Shown here: piece by piece, positions 50,775 through 63,038 of the stretch | Position numbering within the stretch: the first letter of the stretch is position 1 | Layout: each line of letters begins with the position of its first letter | Assembly: GCA_040880125.1 (NCBI GenBank) | Contig: JBBDJB010000029.1 | Coordinates: 12,188-76,187 of the forward strand | From: Pirellulales bacterium | GTDB lineage: Bacteria; Planctomycetota; Planctomycetia; Pirellulales; JBBDJB01 | Direction of reading: 5' to 3' | DNA length: 64,000 nt | Program-made: the position numbers and the translations under genes | The notes under the pieces: generated by a model | Databases searched by the model: none | Told to the model about the DNA's origin: nothing | What the model saw: the letters and a program-made list of their open reading frames with translations, nothing else

Positions 50775-51226
50775 CTTGACGGCGCTAGCCGCTTGCCGGG
50801 AACTCGGACTCTGCCGGCGACGATGCGAAACCGCGGTTGTCATTGACGCCTCTCCCCAGTAGGCAACGATTCTCAGACTACGCGATACTCGCGGTTGACC
50901 GTTGCCGTTAAACCAACGACGGCGGAAGTGAACTCGTCGCAGGAAAGGCACGTGCGCTTTGATTGCCGCTGGCACAATGGCCGTGCGGGTGCTGCATCCA
51001 GGAGCGTTACGTAGTTTAGCAACAACAATCGAAATTGTGACAACCACGGCGACAACTTTTTCACTTTGCGAATGCGGATGTCCCATCCGCGAGCCCCACC
51101 GCAGGAATTAAAGGCCGCGCCCGAAAGCCTTCCGGCATGCATGGGCAGGCAGCCCGGCTCACCGCTGCGGTACTTTGCATGCACGCAGCCTAACGCGAAA
51201 ACGTTGCACAAGATGCCGGCAGTCCG

Positions 51227-52156
51227 CTACCGCGGCATGAGCTTGCCGGCAGGAGTGCCGGCGCGAAGATCATCGATCATCGCAAGCGTGGCGGCGCGTA
51301 CCGCATCCTGCCATTGGCCCGATGCGAACTTATCTCGATAGTCGGGACGGTCGTGCGCGAATATGATGCCTCGCGAGTTATTCACCACGGCGCCGAAGCC
51401 GCGATCATCGAAGGCGGCCGCGACGTCCGTCGCAGTACCACCCTGGCTGCCGTAGCCGGGTACAAGAAACCACGTATGCGGCATCGCCTGCCGCAGCTCG
51501 GCCAGTTGTTGTGGATGCGTGGCTCCGACCACGGCGCCGACGTACCCGTAACCGCAGGCGCCGGCGGACTGCTCGGCCAGCGAATCCACCATCTTCCCCA
51601 CGTGATGGAACACGGCCTGCCCCTCCGCAACGAGATCTTGCAGCCAACCGCCGCCGGGGTTGGAGGTCTTTACCAGAATGAATACGCCGGCATCGCGCTC
51701 CTCGGCGGTTTGGACGAACGGCTCCAGGCTGTCGGCACCCAAATAGGGACTCACGGTCAGCGCATCGCCAGCAAAGGTGCTTCGCCGGCCGGTGCCGAGC
51801 CATGCGTCGGCATACGCACTGGCGGTCGATCCGATGTCGTTACGTTTGGCATCGAGGATTACCAACAGCCCCCGCGCCGCGGCGTACTGAACGACCTCGG
51901 CCAGCGCTTGCATACCCGGCGGCCCTAGCTGTTCAAAGAAAGCCACCTGCGGCTTGACGACCGGCACCAGCGGCGCGACCACGTCCACAATTCCCTGGCA
52001 AAAGGCGCGATACCCCTCCGCACGGTCGACCGGAGCGGCGTGCTCGGACGTGCGCAATACCGCGGGAAGCTGCTCGTAGCGGGGGTCGAGCCCCACACAT
52101 ACCGGGTTGCCGCGGCGCTGCACGGCTTCGGCCAATCGGTCCATGAAGTGCGACAA
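51227..52156 (-). CDS. pyrF: Orotidine-5'-phosphate decarboxylase (subfamily 2)
   Basis: CVGLDP, KPQVAFFE, DAKRNDIGST, KTSNPG, VVGAT, LVPGYGSQGG, NSRGI. Confidence 0.96.
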   Translation of the reverse strand: MSHFMDRLAEAVQRRGNPVCVGLDPRYEQLPAVLRTSEHAAPVDRAEGYRAFCQGIVDVVAPLVPVVKPQVAFFEQLGPPGMQALAEVVQYAAARGLLVILDAKRNDIGSTASAYADAWLGTGRRSTFAGDALTVSPYLGADSLEPFVQTAEERDAGVFILVKTSNPGGGWLQDLVAEGQAVFHHVGKMVDSLAEQSAGACGYGYVGAVVGATHPQQLAELRQAMPHTWFLVPGYGSQGGTATDVAAAFDDRGFGAVVNNSRGIIFAHDRPDYRDKFASGQWQDAVRAATLAMIDDLRAGTPAGKLMPR

Positions 52157-52243
52157 AACAGCGGTTCCTCAATCGGGGCTGACAGGTGGCGAGTCTTGGA
52201 GTACGGCCACTATACCAGCATCCTTCCGAATCGAGAAAGTCGC

Positions 52244-53131
52244 TCACTCGCTGGGCACGCGTACTGTCAGCGCTTGGGGGCGCACGGTGAAGGTAACCTC
52301 CTTCACATCAACCGCCTCACCGTCGACCGAAAAACGCATTGGCCCGGCCGAGTGGATCACTACCTTGCCCGTACGTGTGTGCAAGACGCGTTCGTTCTCC
52401 AGGTAGTTTCCCAAGAAGAAGTCGGCCGCCATCGAGGCTAGTTCGAGCGGCGAACCGCTGAGTACGACGATAACCTCGAGCAGCCCGTCGTCGGGCGATG
52501 CCTCCGCAGCGACCTCCAGTCCGCCGGCATAGCGGCCATTGCAGACGAGAATGTTCCAGACGTTTTGCTGCCATGCTTCGCCGTGATCGAAGCGGAGGGT
52601 GACATCGTAGCCCTGCAAATCGGCCAGCACGGAGATTGCGCCGCGGAGATAGCACCACGCCCCCATCCGCTGCTTCATCTCCTCGTCGATCGCCTCCTGC
52701 ACGCGGTCTGCATTACCGCCGGTGGCGACATTGCAAAAGTAGTGGCTATGTCCGGCGGTGGCAAAATGGGCCAGATCGATCCGGCGGTCGCGGCCCGAGT
52801 GAAGCAACTGCGCGGCCTGCTCAGGATCGGCCGGAATGCCCAGCGTCGAGCAGATGTCGTTGGCCGTCCCCAGCGGCAGGATGCCCAGTGGCACGTCGAA
52901 ATTGTTGTCGAGCATTGCATTGACGGCGGCATGGACGGTGCCATCGCCACCGGCGGCCACTACTCGCTCGTAGCCCGCGCCGGCCGCCTCGGCCACCAGT
53001 TGCGGCACGGAGTCTCGATCACCAGAGAGTCGTACGTCCACATTCGGCGATTTCCGGAGCGACGCCATCAGCGGTTGGTAGCGCTCCGCCTGGCTCGCCT
53101 CAGAGTTCCAGAGAACGATCGTTTTAGACAC
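52244..53131 (-). CDS. Diacylglycerol/lipid kinase family protein (YegS/DagK-like)
   Basis: AGGDGT, LPLGTAND, NGRYAGG, DDGLLE, VDGE. Confidence 0.92.
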   Translation of the reverse strand: MSKTIVLWNSEASQAERYQPLMASLRKSPNVDVRLSGDRDSVPQLVAEAAGAGYERVVAAGGDGTVHAAVNAMLDNNFDVPLGILPLGTANDICSTLGIPADPEQAAQLLHSGRDRRIDLAHFATAGHSHYFCNVATGGNADRVQEAIDEEMKQRMGAWCYLRGAISVLADLQGYDVTLRFDHGEAWQQNVWNILVCNGRYAGGLEVAAEASPDDGLLEVIVVLSGSPLELASMAADFFLGNYLENERVLHTRTGKVVIHSAGPMRFSVDGEAVDVKEVTFTVRPQALTVRVPSE

Positions 53132-53171
53132 TGTGCGATTCCTTAACGCCCGTGCGGCGTGCCTCTACAGC

Positions 53172-53780
53172 TCAGCGTGGAGCCGCATCCAACTTGGGTG
53201 CCGCCTCCAAGAGACGCTCGAACCAGGCATCCAGACGCTCGCGCACCGTGACCATCTCCCGACTTTCGGCAAGTAGATACCCCTGGCGAATGGCTACGAG
53301 AAAGTCCGCGTCGCGGGCCAATTGTACGAGAGCCGCGCGGCGCTGGTCGTCGAAGTACTCAATTGCGGCATTACCGTCCTCCGCGCGCACTACGTACGTG
53401 TGATCAAACTCCTCGTCCCCGGTAGTGACCGTATCGTCGCGCAACGCCGCGCCAATCTCCGCCAATGCGGGCGCGACCTGAACGAGCTCCAGCCCTTTGG
53501 GCACATGCCCGTGCAACTGGACACCCATGGCAACCTCTTCGACCCCCAGTACGCCGGTATCGGAGCTGCTGTCGGAGACACCAAGTTCAAAGTTGCGGTC
53601 ACGGACGCGGCCAGCCACACGTAGCCGGGGGCGACGCCGGAACTGCAGGTTGTGGTCGCGGGCGAACTGCCTCCACGCGCTGTAGCGCTGGCGTCGCAGC
53701 ACGAGTGTGGTGACTACGATGACCGCGATCAACAGCACAAGCACGAGCGCATAAGTAATTAGCGAAGCGCTGCCTGGCAT
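53172..53780 (-). CDS. Hypothetical membrane-anchored protein
   Basis: Strong N-terminal TM helix, then WRQFARDHNL and TGDEEFD segments; co-oriented with its neighbours. Confidence 0.7.
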   Translation of the reverse strand: MPGSASLITYALVLVLLIAVIVVTTLVLRRQRYSAWRQFARDHNLQFRRRPRLRVAGRVRDRNFELGVSDSSSDTGVLGVEEVAMGVQLHGHVPKGLELVQVAPALAEIGAALRDDTVTTGDEEFDHTYVVRAEDGNAAIEYFDDQRRAALVQLARDADFLVAIRQGYLLAESREMVTVRERLDAWFERLLEAAPKLDAAPR

Positions 53781-54073
53781 GGTGAAACTGTGGACTCGGC
53801 GGACGTTACGATGCTCCGGCGCGACCGCGGTAGCCGCTCCCCTTCATCGTCGAACATAGCCGTCCGCAGGGAAAAAGGGAAGGAGACGGCACGCAGCGCC
53901 GGATACTTGGAAACCCACGATGACTGCATGCGACAGGCCGCCGACGAAGTGGCAGTCTATTTCCACGGCAGCAGCAGAGGGAGCGACAAGCGGCGACAAC
54001 TTGTCCGGCGGATTGCCGCGCTGCCCGAAAGAGCGGCGGGCGCCAGTGCGCTTACAACCAGGGCTACGGAAAG

Positions 54074-54985
54074 TCAGGCGGCCGCCCGTAGCGCACCGCC
54101 GAATTGGAGCGCCACCACGGTGATCTTGTGGCGGATGGCCTTGCGGACGAATTCTTCTTCATCGAGCAAGATGGTGCGCCCTGCCTCGACTGCGAGCATC
54201 CGCGCGCCAGAGGCGATCATGGTATCGAGCGTCCAGAGGCCGATGGTGGGAACATCGAACCGCATGTCCTGTTGCGGCTTGGCGACCTTCACCACGGTGA
54301 AGCCTCCCGCCGGACATATCTCACCGGCGCGGCGAATGCAGGCGTCGGTCCCTTCAATCGCTTCGACTGCCAAAACGGCCCGATCCTTGACGCAGACACT
54401 TTGCCCAACGTCCAACGCGCCGAGTTGTTTAGCGACGTCCCAGCCGAACTCGATATCGCGTTGTTGTTTGGTCGTGGGGTCGCGGCCGACCAGCGTTCCT
54501 TGTTTCACGAGTAGCTCCGGAGCGAAATCGGTGGCCGGTCCGAAAGCGATACCTTCCTGAGCAAAAGCGCCGACAATAGCGCCCAGCAGCGTATCATCCT
54601 TGCGGTCCTTGGTACCGGTAATGAAGTGCGGATAGAAGGTCGCGAGAAACGTCCAGTCGGGCAAATGCTTGAGCCACGCCAGACGCTGGTAGATAAGCAT
54701 CTTGTGGAACTTGCCCGCCATCGTGGCGTGGCGGATGTTGTGTGTCTGCATGAACCGGATCGCACCGCCCAGCTTTGCAAGCCCCAACCACTTAAACTCA
54801 TCGCACAACTCTGCGAGCGACGGATCGGCATGGTCCTTGATCCCCAGGCAGGCGACGTGGCAATTGGCGCGCTTGAGGGCCTCCGCAACGACGATTGGAT
54901 AGCGTCCCCAACCGGCCAACAGACCGACGCGATTCGGCGGCGCGATAGGATCGGCCTGCGGCGATAACGGTAATATTTCCGACAT
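54074..54985 (-). CDS. lpxI: UDP-2,3-diacylglucosamine hydrolase LpxI (DUF1009)
   Basis: VGLLAGWGRYP, DVGQSV, AVEAIEGTD, KPQQDMRFDVPTIG. Confidence 0.92.
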   Translation of the reverse strand: MSEILPLSPQADPIAPPNRVGLLAGWGRYPIVVAEALKRANCHVACLGIKDHADPSLAELCDEFKWLGLAKLGGAIRFMQTHNIRHATMAGKFHKMLIYQRLAWLKHLPDWTFLATFYPHFITGTKDRKDDTLLGAIVGAFAQEGIAFGPATDFAPELLVKQGTLVGRDPTTKQQRDIEFGWDVAKQLGALDVGQSVCVKDRAVLAVEAIEGTDACIRRAGEICPAGGFTVVKVAKPQQDMRFDVPTIGLWTLDTMIASGARMLAVEAGRTILLDEEEFVRKAIRHKITVVALQFGGALRAAA

Positions 54986-55057
54986 TTTGAACTGCTTTGG
55001 TTAATAAGCCTCCGGCAGACGGTCGCCACTCGCCTCGAGCGGCCAGACGCGGCACGG

Positions 55058-56119
55058 TCAAGCCGCGGCGCTGTCGTCGCCTCGCTGGATCATCGCCGTC
55101 AGGCGGGCCACGTCGCGCTCCAGCGCCTTGAGCTCCTTGCGCATCTCGGGCAGCTTCGTCAGCGCGGCCTGCTTCAGCTTTTGCTCGCGTTCGGGCGTGG
55201 CTGGAATTCCGATCATCCGCATCCCGTCCGGGACGTCGTTGGTGATTCCGGCCATGGCCCCCAGCACGGCCCCCTGACCGATGTGCACGTGGTCGCGCAC
55301 GCCGACCTGGCCCGCCATGACAACCCAATCTCCGGTTGTGGTGCTGCCGGCGATCCCGACCTGCGAGCAGATGAGGTTATGGCGGCCGAGGCGGCAGTTA
55401 TGGGCGATCATCACCAGGTTATCGATCTTTGTGCCGTCGCCGATGATCGTGGCGCCGTAGGTGCCGCGGTCGATCGTCGTGTTAGCGCCGATTTCCACGT
55501 CCGCGCCGATTCGCACATGACCGAGCTGTGCGGTGCGATGATGCGCGCCGCCCTTTTGTTTGTACCCAAAGCCATACGCGCCCAGCACGACCCCGGCATG
55601 AATGAGTGTTCTTGGTCCAACCTGCGTATCCTCGTACAGCACGCAGTTGGGCATGATCGTCACATCTTGGGCGATACGGCAGCCACGCTCGATACGCACG
55701 CCGGAGTGAATTATCGCTCCTCGTCCGAGATGGACGTCGTCGTCGATTACCGCGCCTGGATGAATGTCGACGTCCGCTGCGATTTGAGCCGTAGGGCTGA
55801 CATGGGCCGCGGGGCTGATGCCGATCCGCTGGGCCGGCTGCGGCGGGCGAAAGTGAAGGGCAATAGCAGTGAACGCCTCGTGAACATCTTCGGCGACGAT
55901 TGCCGGAATAGAAAGCTGCTGGAGATCGATATCCGCCGGCACGACGGCCGCCGCGGCCGCCACCTCGTGCAACTGGCCCACCAGCGCCGCACGATCGATC
56001 ATCGTCAGCGCCCCTTCGCCGGCCTCGGCCAGCGTTGCGACGTAATCGATGCGGGTTTGACCTTTGCCGACCAGCCGCGCGCGTGCCAAATCAGCCAATT
56101 CTGCCAGCGTTGTCGCCAT
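55058..56119 (-). CDS. lpxD: UDP-3-O-(3-hydroxyacyl)glucosamine N-acyltransferase
   Basis: Hexapeptide repeats; GFGY, EIGANTTIDRG, KIDNLVMIAHN, GQVGVRDH. Confidence 0.95.
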   Translation of the reverse strand: MATTLAELADLARARLVGKGQTRIDYVATLAEAGEGALTMIDRAALVGQLHEVAAAAAVVPADIDLQQLSIPAIVAEDVHEAFTAIALHFRPPQPAQRIGISPAAHVSPTAQIAADVDIHPGAVIDDDVHLGRGAIIHSGVRIERGCRIAQDVTIMPNCVLYEDTQVGPRTLIHAGVVLGAYGFGYKQKGGAHHRTAQLGHVRIGADVEIGANTTIDRGTYGATIIGDGTKIDNLVMIAHNCRLGRHNLICSQVGIAGSTTTGDWVVMAGQVGVRDHVHIGQGAVLGAMAGITNDVPDGMRMIGIPATPEREQKLKQAALTKLPEMRKELKALERDVARLTAMIQRGDDSAAA

Positions 56120-56288
56120 GCGGAGTCCTTTCCAGCGGGCGGCGTAATTTAGGTGATCTGCATCCTTGCGGCGTGATCGTACCGCCGGCCATCCCCGCCG
56201 GCAAGGTCGAAAACGCCCCGGCTGATAGCACGCCAGCTAGCTGAAGAGGCGGCGCGCAAAACCGTACGAAAAACCAGAATTCCGGCAG

Positions 56289-58421
56289 TTAAAAGGCTCG
56301 GGGGATGATGTTGAAGTCCAATGCCAGCACGAACAGCATCAGCCCGATGATGAACACAAAGCCGACCGTGTGGAAGGCGATCACGATTTTCTCGCTGACC
56401 GGCCGGCGGAGGACGCCCTCCAAGGCGAGGAACACCATATGACCACCGTCGAGCAAGGGAATCGGCAGGAAGTTAATCACCGCCAGATTCGCGCTGAGCA
56501 TCGTCAGGAAGATCAACAGCGACGATAGCCCGGCGAACGCCGAATACCCGGCCCCCTTGGCGATGGTGATCGGGCCGCCCAGCATCGTCGGCGAGATCTG
56601 CTGCGATACGAGCTTCTCCAAAAAGCGGAACACCATCAACAGCGAGTCGACCGTTTCGGTCGTGCCCAGGGAGACGGCCTCGCCGAACGTATCCGCGTGC
56701 CGGGTCGCCTCCAGCGGTTGCAGATAGAATCCGCGCTGCGGGATGAAAAACTCGTCCGATTCAATCGGCGAAAGCGTGACCTCCCGGTTCTCCTCGCCGC
56801 TACGCACGGTGAGCTTCACCTGCATGCCCTGCGGTATGATCTGCAGGCGGCTGAAGAAGTGCGGCCAGTTTTCCAGCTCCTCGCTGAACTTCAACGGACT
56901 CTCCGATAGCAGCTCTGCCTCGGTGGAGTCATCTCCTTCCGCGGGAATGAACTCCGCCTGGACGATCTGGTCGCCGGGACGAATTCCGGCGTCCGCGGCT
57001 GGGCTGCCCGACTGTACGCCTTGTACTTTGTTGAGTACGCGGAAGCCGGCTCCCAATGCCGGTGCGGAGAGCGGTGCACCGGGGGCCATCGCCACTTCGT
57101 AAGACCTTGGAACTCGCAGTGGGACAACGACCGTTTCCGGCTCGGATTGTCCGCGTGCTTGGGCGCGGCGCACGGTGAGTGTGACGCTGTCGGCCGTCTC
57201 GGCACGTCGACGCAAGCGATCCGGCAGTGTCATTGGATCTTCAATCGGCTGTCCATCGACTTGTTCGACGACGTCACCTTCCTCAAGGCCCGCCTGCTCG
57301 GCGGGTGAATCGGCCTGGACCGTGGCAATGGCCCCCACGGCCATCACCATTCCCAACCGCTTCATCGGATTGGGAGCGACCTGGATCGTCTTCTCCCGCA
57401 CGTCGACACTGCCGGCTTCGCTGCCGGCGTCGGCCGAGGCGGAGGCCTTCGCGTCGGCCGCGCGCACGACGGTGACCGCCAGCGGCCGATCTACGTTTTT
57501 GGCAAGCATCGCCGCTAACTCGTGATAAGCTTCGATCGGTTGCCCATCGACCGCGACGATGCGGTCGCCGCGCTGGAATCCGTCGGAGACCTGGCCGGCG
57601 GGAAGATGGGCGGCCGCCGGTCGGGGTTCGCCCAGGATCAACGATTCGGACGGCGCAACGCCGATCTTCGGCAGTCCTCGCCCCGTCTGTGGCTTTAGCG
57701 TTAGCTGAATCAACTCGTCTCGCCCCGGTCGCCGGATCGTCAGCGGCACGCCGCGCTCCAGGTCTCCCAGCGAAACGCCGCTCATCAAGTCACGAAATCG
57801 CGGCTGCTCCACACCTGCAATCTCGACAATCTCGTCGCCGACCTGCACGTTGGCTTCCCAGGCAGGCGAGCCGGGCACTACTGCGCCGACCACGCACGGC
57901 GTGTACTTCACCCCCATGCCATAGGCAATCACCGCAAACACAAAGGCGAAGATGATGTTCATGATTACGCCGGCGGAAATAATGGCCATCCGCTGCGGAA
58001 CGCTCTTGGACAGGTAGCTGCGCGGATCGTGAGCGGCCGCATACACGTCGGACGCCTCGGCACTGACTTCGGACTCACGGTCGGTTGAGCTATCCTGCTG
58101 ATCAGATTCGGCGTCCAACCCCTGTGAGCGGCGGTTCTCTTCGGCGATGCGCGCAGGATTGTCGTCCTGGCCGAGCATCTTGACGTAGCCGCCCAGCGGC
58201 AGGATGCCGACGCCGTACTCCGTCTCCCCCCAGTGGACCTTGGCGAGCTTGTAGCCGCCGATGTCGAAGCCGATGTAGAACTTCTCGCACTTCACGCCGC
58301 ACAACTTGGCGACGACGAAGTGCCCCAGTTCGTGAACGAATATGACCAGGCCCAGACCCACGGCCACCTGCAGGATGACCAGGAGCCACTGCCAGAGGCT
58401 CGGATCGGCGGCCGCCAGCAT
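56289..58421 (-). CDS. rseP: Site-2 intramembrane metalloprotease RseP with four PDZ domains
   Basis: HELGH, PLGGYVKM, AGVIMN, NFLPIPLLDGGH. Start placed at the ATG overlapping the dxr stop (TGATG). Confidence 0.93.
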   Translation of the reverse strand: MLAAADPSLWQWLLVILQVAVGLGLVIFVHELGHFVVAKLCGVKCEKFYIGFDIGGYKLAKVHWGETEYGVGILPLGGYVKMLGQDDNPARIAEENRRSQGLDAESDQQDSSTDRESEVSAEASDVYAAAHDPRSYLSKSVPQRMAIISAGVIMNIIFAFVFAVIAYGMGVKYTPCVVGAVVPGSPAWEANVQVGDEIVEIAGVEQPRFRDLMSGVSLGDLERGVPLTIRRPGRDELIQLTLKPQTGRGLPKIGVAPSESLILGEPRPAAAHLPAGQVSDGFQRGDRIVAVDGQPIEAYHELAAMLAKNVDRPLAVTVVRAADAKASASADAGSEAGSVDVREKTIQVAPNPMKRLGMVMAVGAIATVQADSPAEQAGLEEGDVVEQVDGQPIEDPMTLPDRLRRRAETADSVTLTVRRAQARGQSEPETVVVPLRVPRSYEVAMAPGAPLSAPALGAGFRVLNKVQGVQSGSPAADAGIRPGDQIVQAEFIPAEGDDSTEAELLSESPLKFSEELENWPHFFSRLQIIPQGMQVKLTVRSGEENREVTLSPIESDEFFIPQRGFYLQPLEATRHADTFGEAVSLGTTETVDSLLMVFRFLEKLVSQQISPTMLGGPITIAKGAGYSAFAGLSSLLIFLTMLSANLAVINFLPIPLLDGGHMVFLALEGVLRRPVSEKIVIAFHTVGFVFIIGLMLFVLALDFNIIPRAF

Positions 58422-59584
58422 CAAGTACACACCCAACGCGATACCTCCTGTCGCGCCCAGCGGTCGATTCGATGTAAATCGTCGAGCGTGGGCTGCGGAT
58501 CAAAATCGTGATTAGACAACACGCTCCGGCAGGCCGGAACGATATCAGTGAATTTTAGCTCGCCCGCCAGGAACCCGGCTACCGCCGCTTCATTGGCGGC
58601 GTTGAGGACCGCACCGCTGGTGCCACCGCTACGAGCCGCCTGTCGACCCAATTCCAACGCCGGAAACCGCTCCTCGTCGGGCGGCAGAAGCTCCAGCGAC
58701 CACGGCCGCGACAGGTTCAGTTTCTCGGCGATCCCCTCCCTCCGTTGAGGGTAGTCTAGGGCATATTGTATCGGAAGCCTCATGTCCGGAGGACTGAGCT
58801 GGGCAATCAGCGAGCCGTCCCGGTATTCAACCATCGAGTGGATAATCGACTGCGGGTGAATCACCACGTCGATCTGCTCGACATCCATATCGAACAGCCA
58901 GCGGGCCTCAATGATCTCCAGCGCCTTGTTCATCATTGTGGCCGAATCGACCGTGATCTTCGGACCCATGTTCCACGTGGGGTGGGCCAGGGCCTCCTGA
59001 ACCGTCACCTGATCGAGCTGCTCCTGGCTGTGATGCAAAAAGGGCCCGCCGCTGGCAGTCAACACAATCCGAGCGACCTCGCCACGGTTTCCACACCGCA
59101 GGGCCTGAAAAATCGCGCTGTGTTCACTGTCGACGGGGATTAAGCTGGCTCCGCGTCGCCGTGCCAGGGCCGTCACCAGCGGCCCACCCATGACCAATGT
59201 TTCCTTATTCGCCAGGGCCACTTTCTTGCCGGCTTCCAGTGCCGCCCAGGTTCCCCGCAGCCCGGCGGCGCCAACGATTGCGGCGACTACCACCTGAATC
59301 TCAGGGTCGCGCACCACCTGTTCCACGCCTTCCTGGCCAACGAGCAACTGCGTACCCGGTGGCAGCGATGCGACATCGATTCGGCCCGCCGCTTCCGGAT
59401 CAGTCGCCACCACGAAACGCGGCCGAAACCGCCTCGCCTGCTCAAGCAACAGGTCGAGTTTCGCGTGTGCGGTCAGGGCGTGGATCCGCAAGTCGTCACC
59501 GCGAGCTTCGACCACTTCCAGCGTGCTGGTGCCGATGCTGCCGGTCGAGCCGAGAACGGCCACGTTCGTTACAGTTCCAGCCAT
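58421..59584 (-). CDS. dxr: 1-deoxy-D-xylulose-5-phosphate reductoisomerase
   Basis: LGSTGSIG, LANKETLV, PVDSEHSAIFQ, LTASGGPF, HPTWNMGPKITVDSATMMNK, NAANE. Confidence 0.98.
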   Translation of the reverse strand: MAGTVTNVAVLGSTGSIGTSTLEVVEARGDDLRIHALTAHAKLDLLLEQARRFRPRFVVATDPEAAGRIDVASLPPGTQLLVGQEGVEQVVRDPEIQVVVAAIVGAAGLRGTWAALEAGKKVALANKETLVMGGPLVTALARRRGASLIPVDSEHSAIFQALRCGNRGEVARIVLTASGGPFLHHSQEQLDQVTVQEALAHPTWNMGPKITVDSATMMNKALEIIEARWLFDMDVEQIDVVIHPQSIIHSMVEYRDGSLIAQLSPPDMRLPIQYALDYPQRREGIAEKLNLSRPWSLELLPPDEERFPALELGRQAARSGGTSGAVLNAANEAAVAGFLAGELKFTDIVPACRSVLSNHDFDPQPTLDDLHRIDRWARQEVSRWVCT

Positions 59585-59839
59585 TCGGCGACCGGCAGGT
59601 TAAGCGGAAGTGAGGCAGTCGGATCGCCCGGGCCGCTTGCATTCGGCTGCGTGAGCAGCCCAGCCAAGCTGCGGGCGACGGCAATTCGCCGGGTTTATCC
59701 CCCGGCACCACGAACAGCCCGCTAACCGGGCAGAGATTCCGGTCGCAACGGAAAGCGGGATCCTACCCTACGTCCGGCGTCGAACGAACAAACGCCAGCA
59801 ATTTGCTCCGCGCCGGCGAAGAAGGCTAGTCCGTGTCGC

Positions 59840-59868
59840 ATTCTAAGGAGGCCCCCAGTCGCGGACAA
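59840..59868 (-). promoter_or_regulatory. Candidate sigma70 promoter of the dxr operon
   Basis: Minus strand TTGTCC (59868-59863) - N17 - TAGAAT (59845-59840). Confidence 0.55.
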
Positions 59869-60326
59869 GTGAAGTTGGCGCGGCTAAAAGGTTGGCGTCA
59901 CCCGTTCAGATGCGTTGTTTTTTATCGCAGGCAAACCTACGATGGAGGTGACCCCGGCCGTAATCAGGGCGTCAACTGCTATCGCAGTGCGGGTGATTCT
60001 CGCGGCTAAGGGAAAACTCACCGCCTGGGCACTTCTGCGTGGCCGGACTGTGCTTCACTCGGTCTTTAATATTGGGTGTGCCTTCCGGGACTTCGGGACG
60101 GGCAAAATTGTGGCGCTGCCGTGGCGGCGCGATTCTCGCCATGGACGGCGATTCAGCCTCTCGGACAGCGCGACTTGCTCCGAGCATGTGACATGGACAG
60201 TCGTTGCCAAATGCAAGATTGCCTGAGTCCTTTATTGAACTCGCTGCTATCCTCGTCTCTGGTTATTTCCCATTTCCGTGCATTTTTAATCTCCCCTTGA
60301 ATAGACCCGCTTGCGGGTGAGGCTCG

Positions 60327-62429
<2,103 letters not shown>

Positions 62430-62524
62430 TGATTACCACGGTCCGCTGTGGGAAGCGATTTCAGCGTCAGAGGTCCGCACAGCGACCCGGCTTGGTTGGT
62501 GCCACGCGTGAACCCAAACAGTGG

Positions 62525-62926
62525 CTAGAGCGGCCTGAAGTCCGACCAGTTATAGGCTGACCTCAGGGCCAATTTGACGACGCGTGTAATCTCGCGGCCG
62601 CTGACTGGCTTGGACAGGATCGAGAAGACTTCCGCGGCGGTCGCCTGCCGCCGCAAGGTCTCGTCCAGATCGCCGGAGATGAGAATGCACGGAAGCTGCG
62701 ACTTAAACCGCTTCACTTCGCGGATCGTCTCCAGCCCGGTCAAACGCGGCATGTGCATGTCCAACAGCATGAGGTGAATGTCGCGCGAGCGGACGATGTC
62801 AAGAGCCTCGCGGCCATCGCTGGCTTGCAGCGTGCAGAAACCCCACGGCGCCAACAATTCGCCCAGGGTTTGGCGAAAGCCCGCGTCGTCGTCGGTGATG
62901 AGTATGCTAGGAGGTTCTGGCAACAT
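62525..62926 (-). CDS. Single-domain response regulator (CheY-like receiver)
   Basis: ILITDDD, LLDMHMPRLTG, ISG, KP; no output domain. Start at ATG 62926. Confidence 0.9.
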   Translation of the reverse strand: MLPEPPSILITDDDAGFRQTLGELLAPWGFCTLQASDGREALDIVRSRDIHLMLLDMHMPRLTGLETIREVKRFKSQLPCILISGDLDETLRRQATAAEVFSILSKPVSGREITRVVKLALRSAYNWSDFRPL

Positions 62927-63021
62927 CGCTGCGACGGGTCCCAAGAGGAGTTCTCACCGGCACGGGAAACCGGGCGGTGGACTTCTCTATCATGGCCTCC
63001 CGAGTCGGCACAAGGGCAGTG

Positions 63022-63038
63022 AGCAAACGTAGTGCCAA
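63022..63038 (-). promoter_or_regulatory. sigma54 (RpoN) -24/-12 promoter
   Basis: Minus strand TTGGCACTACGTTTGCT = TGGCAC-N5-TTGC with exact GG-N10-GC spacing, about 95 nt upstream of the response regulator. Confidence 0.8.

Noticed and set aside
50775-51226. Possible ncRNA or small gene between the DUF1501 gene and pyrF
   Set aside because: No tRNA cloverleaf, known RNA motif or credible ORF with an RBS was seen.
59926-59975. GGCAAACC resembling a cyclic-di-GMP-I riboswitch
   Set aside because: The GAAA tetraloop stem and the following GCAAAG element are absent.
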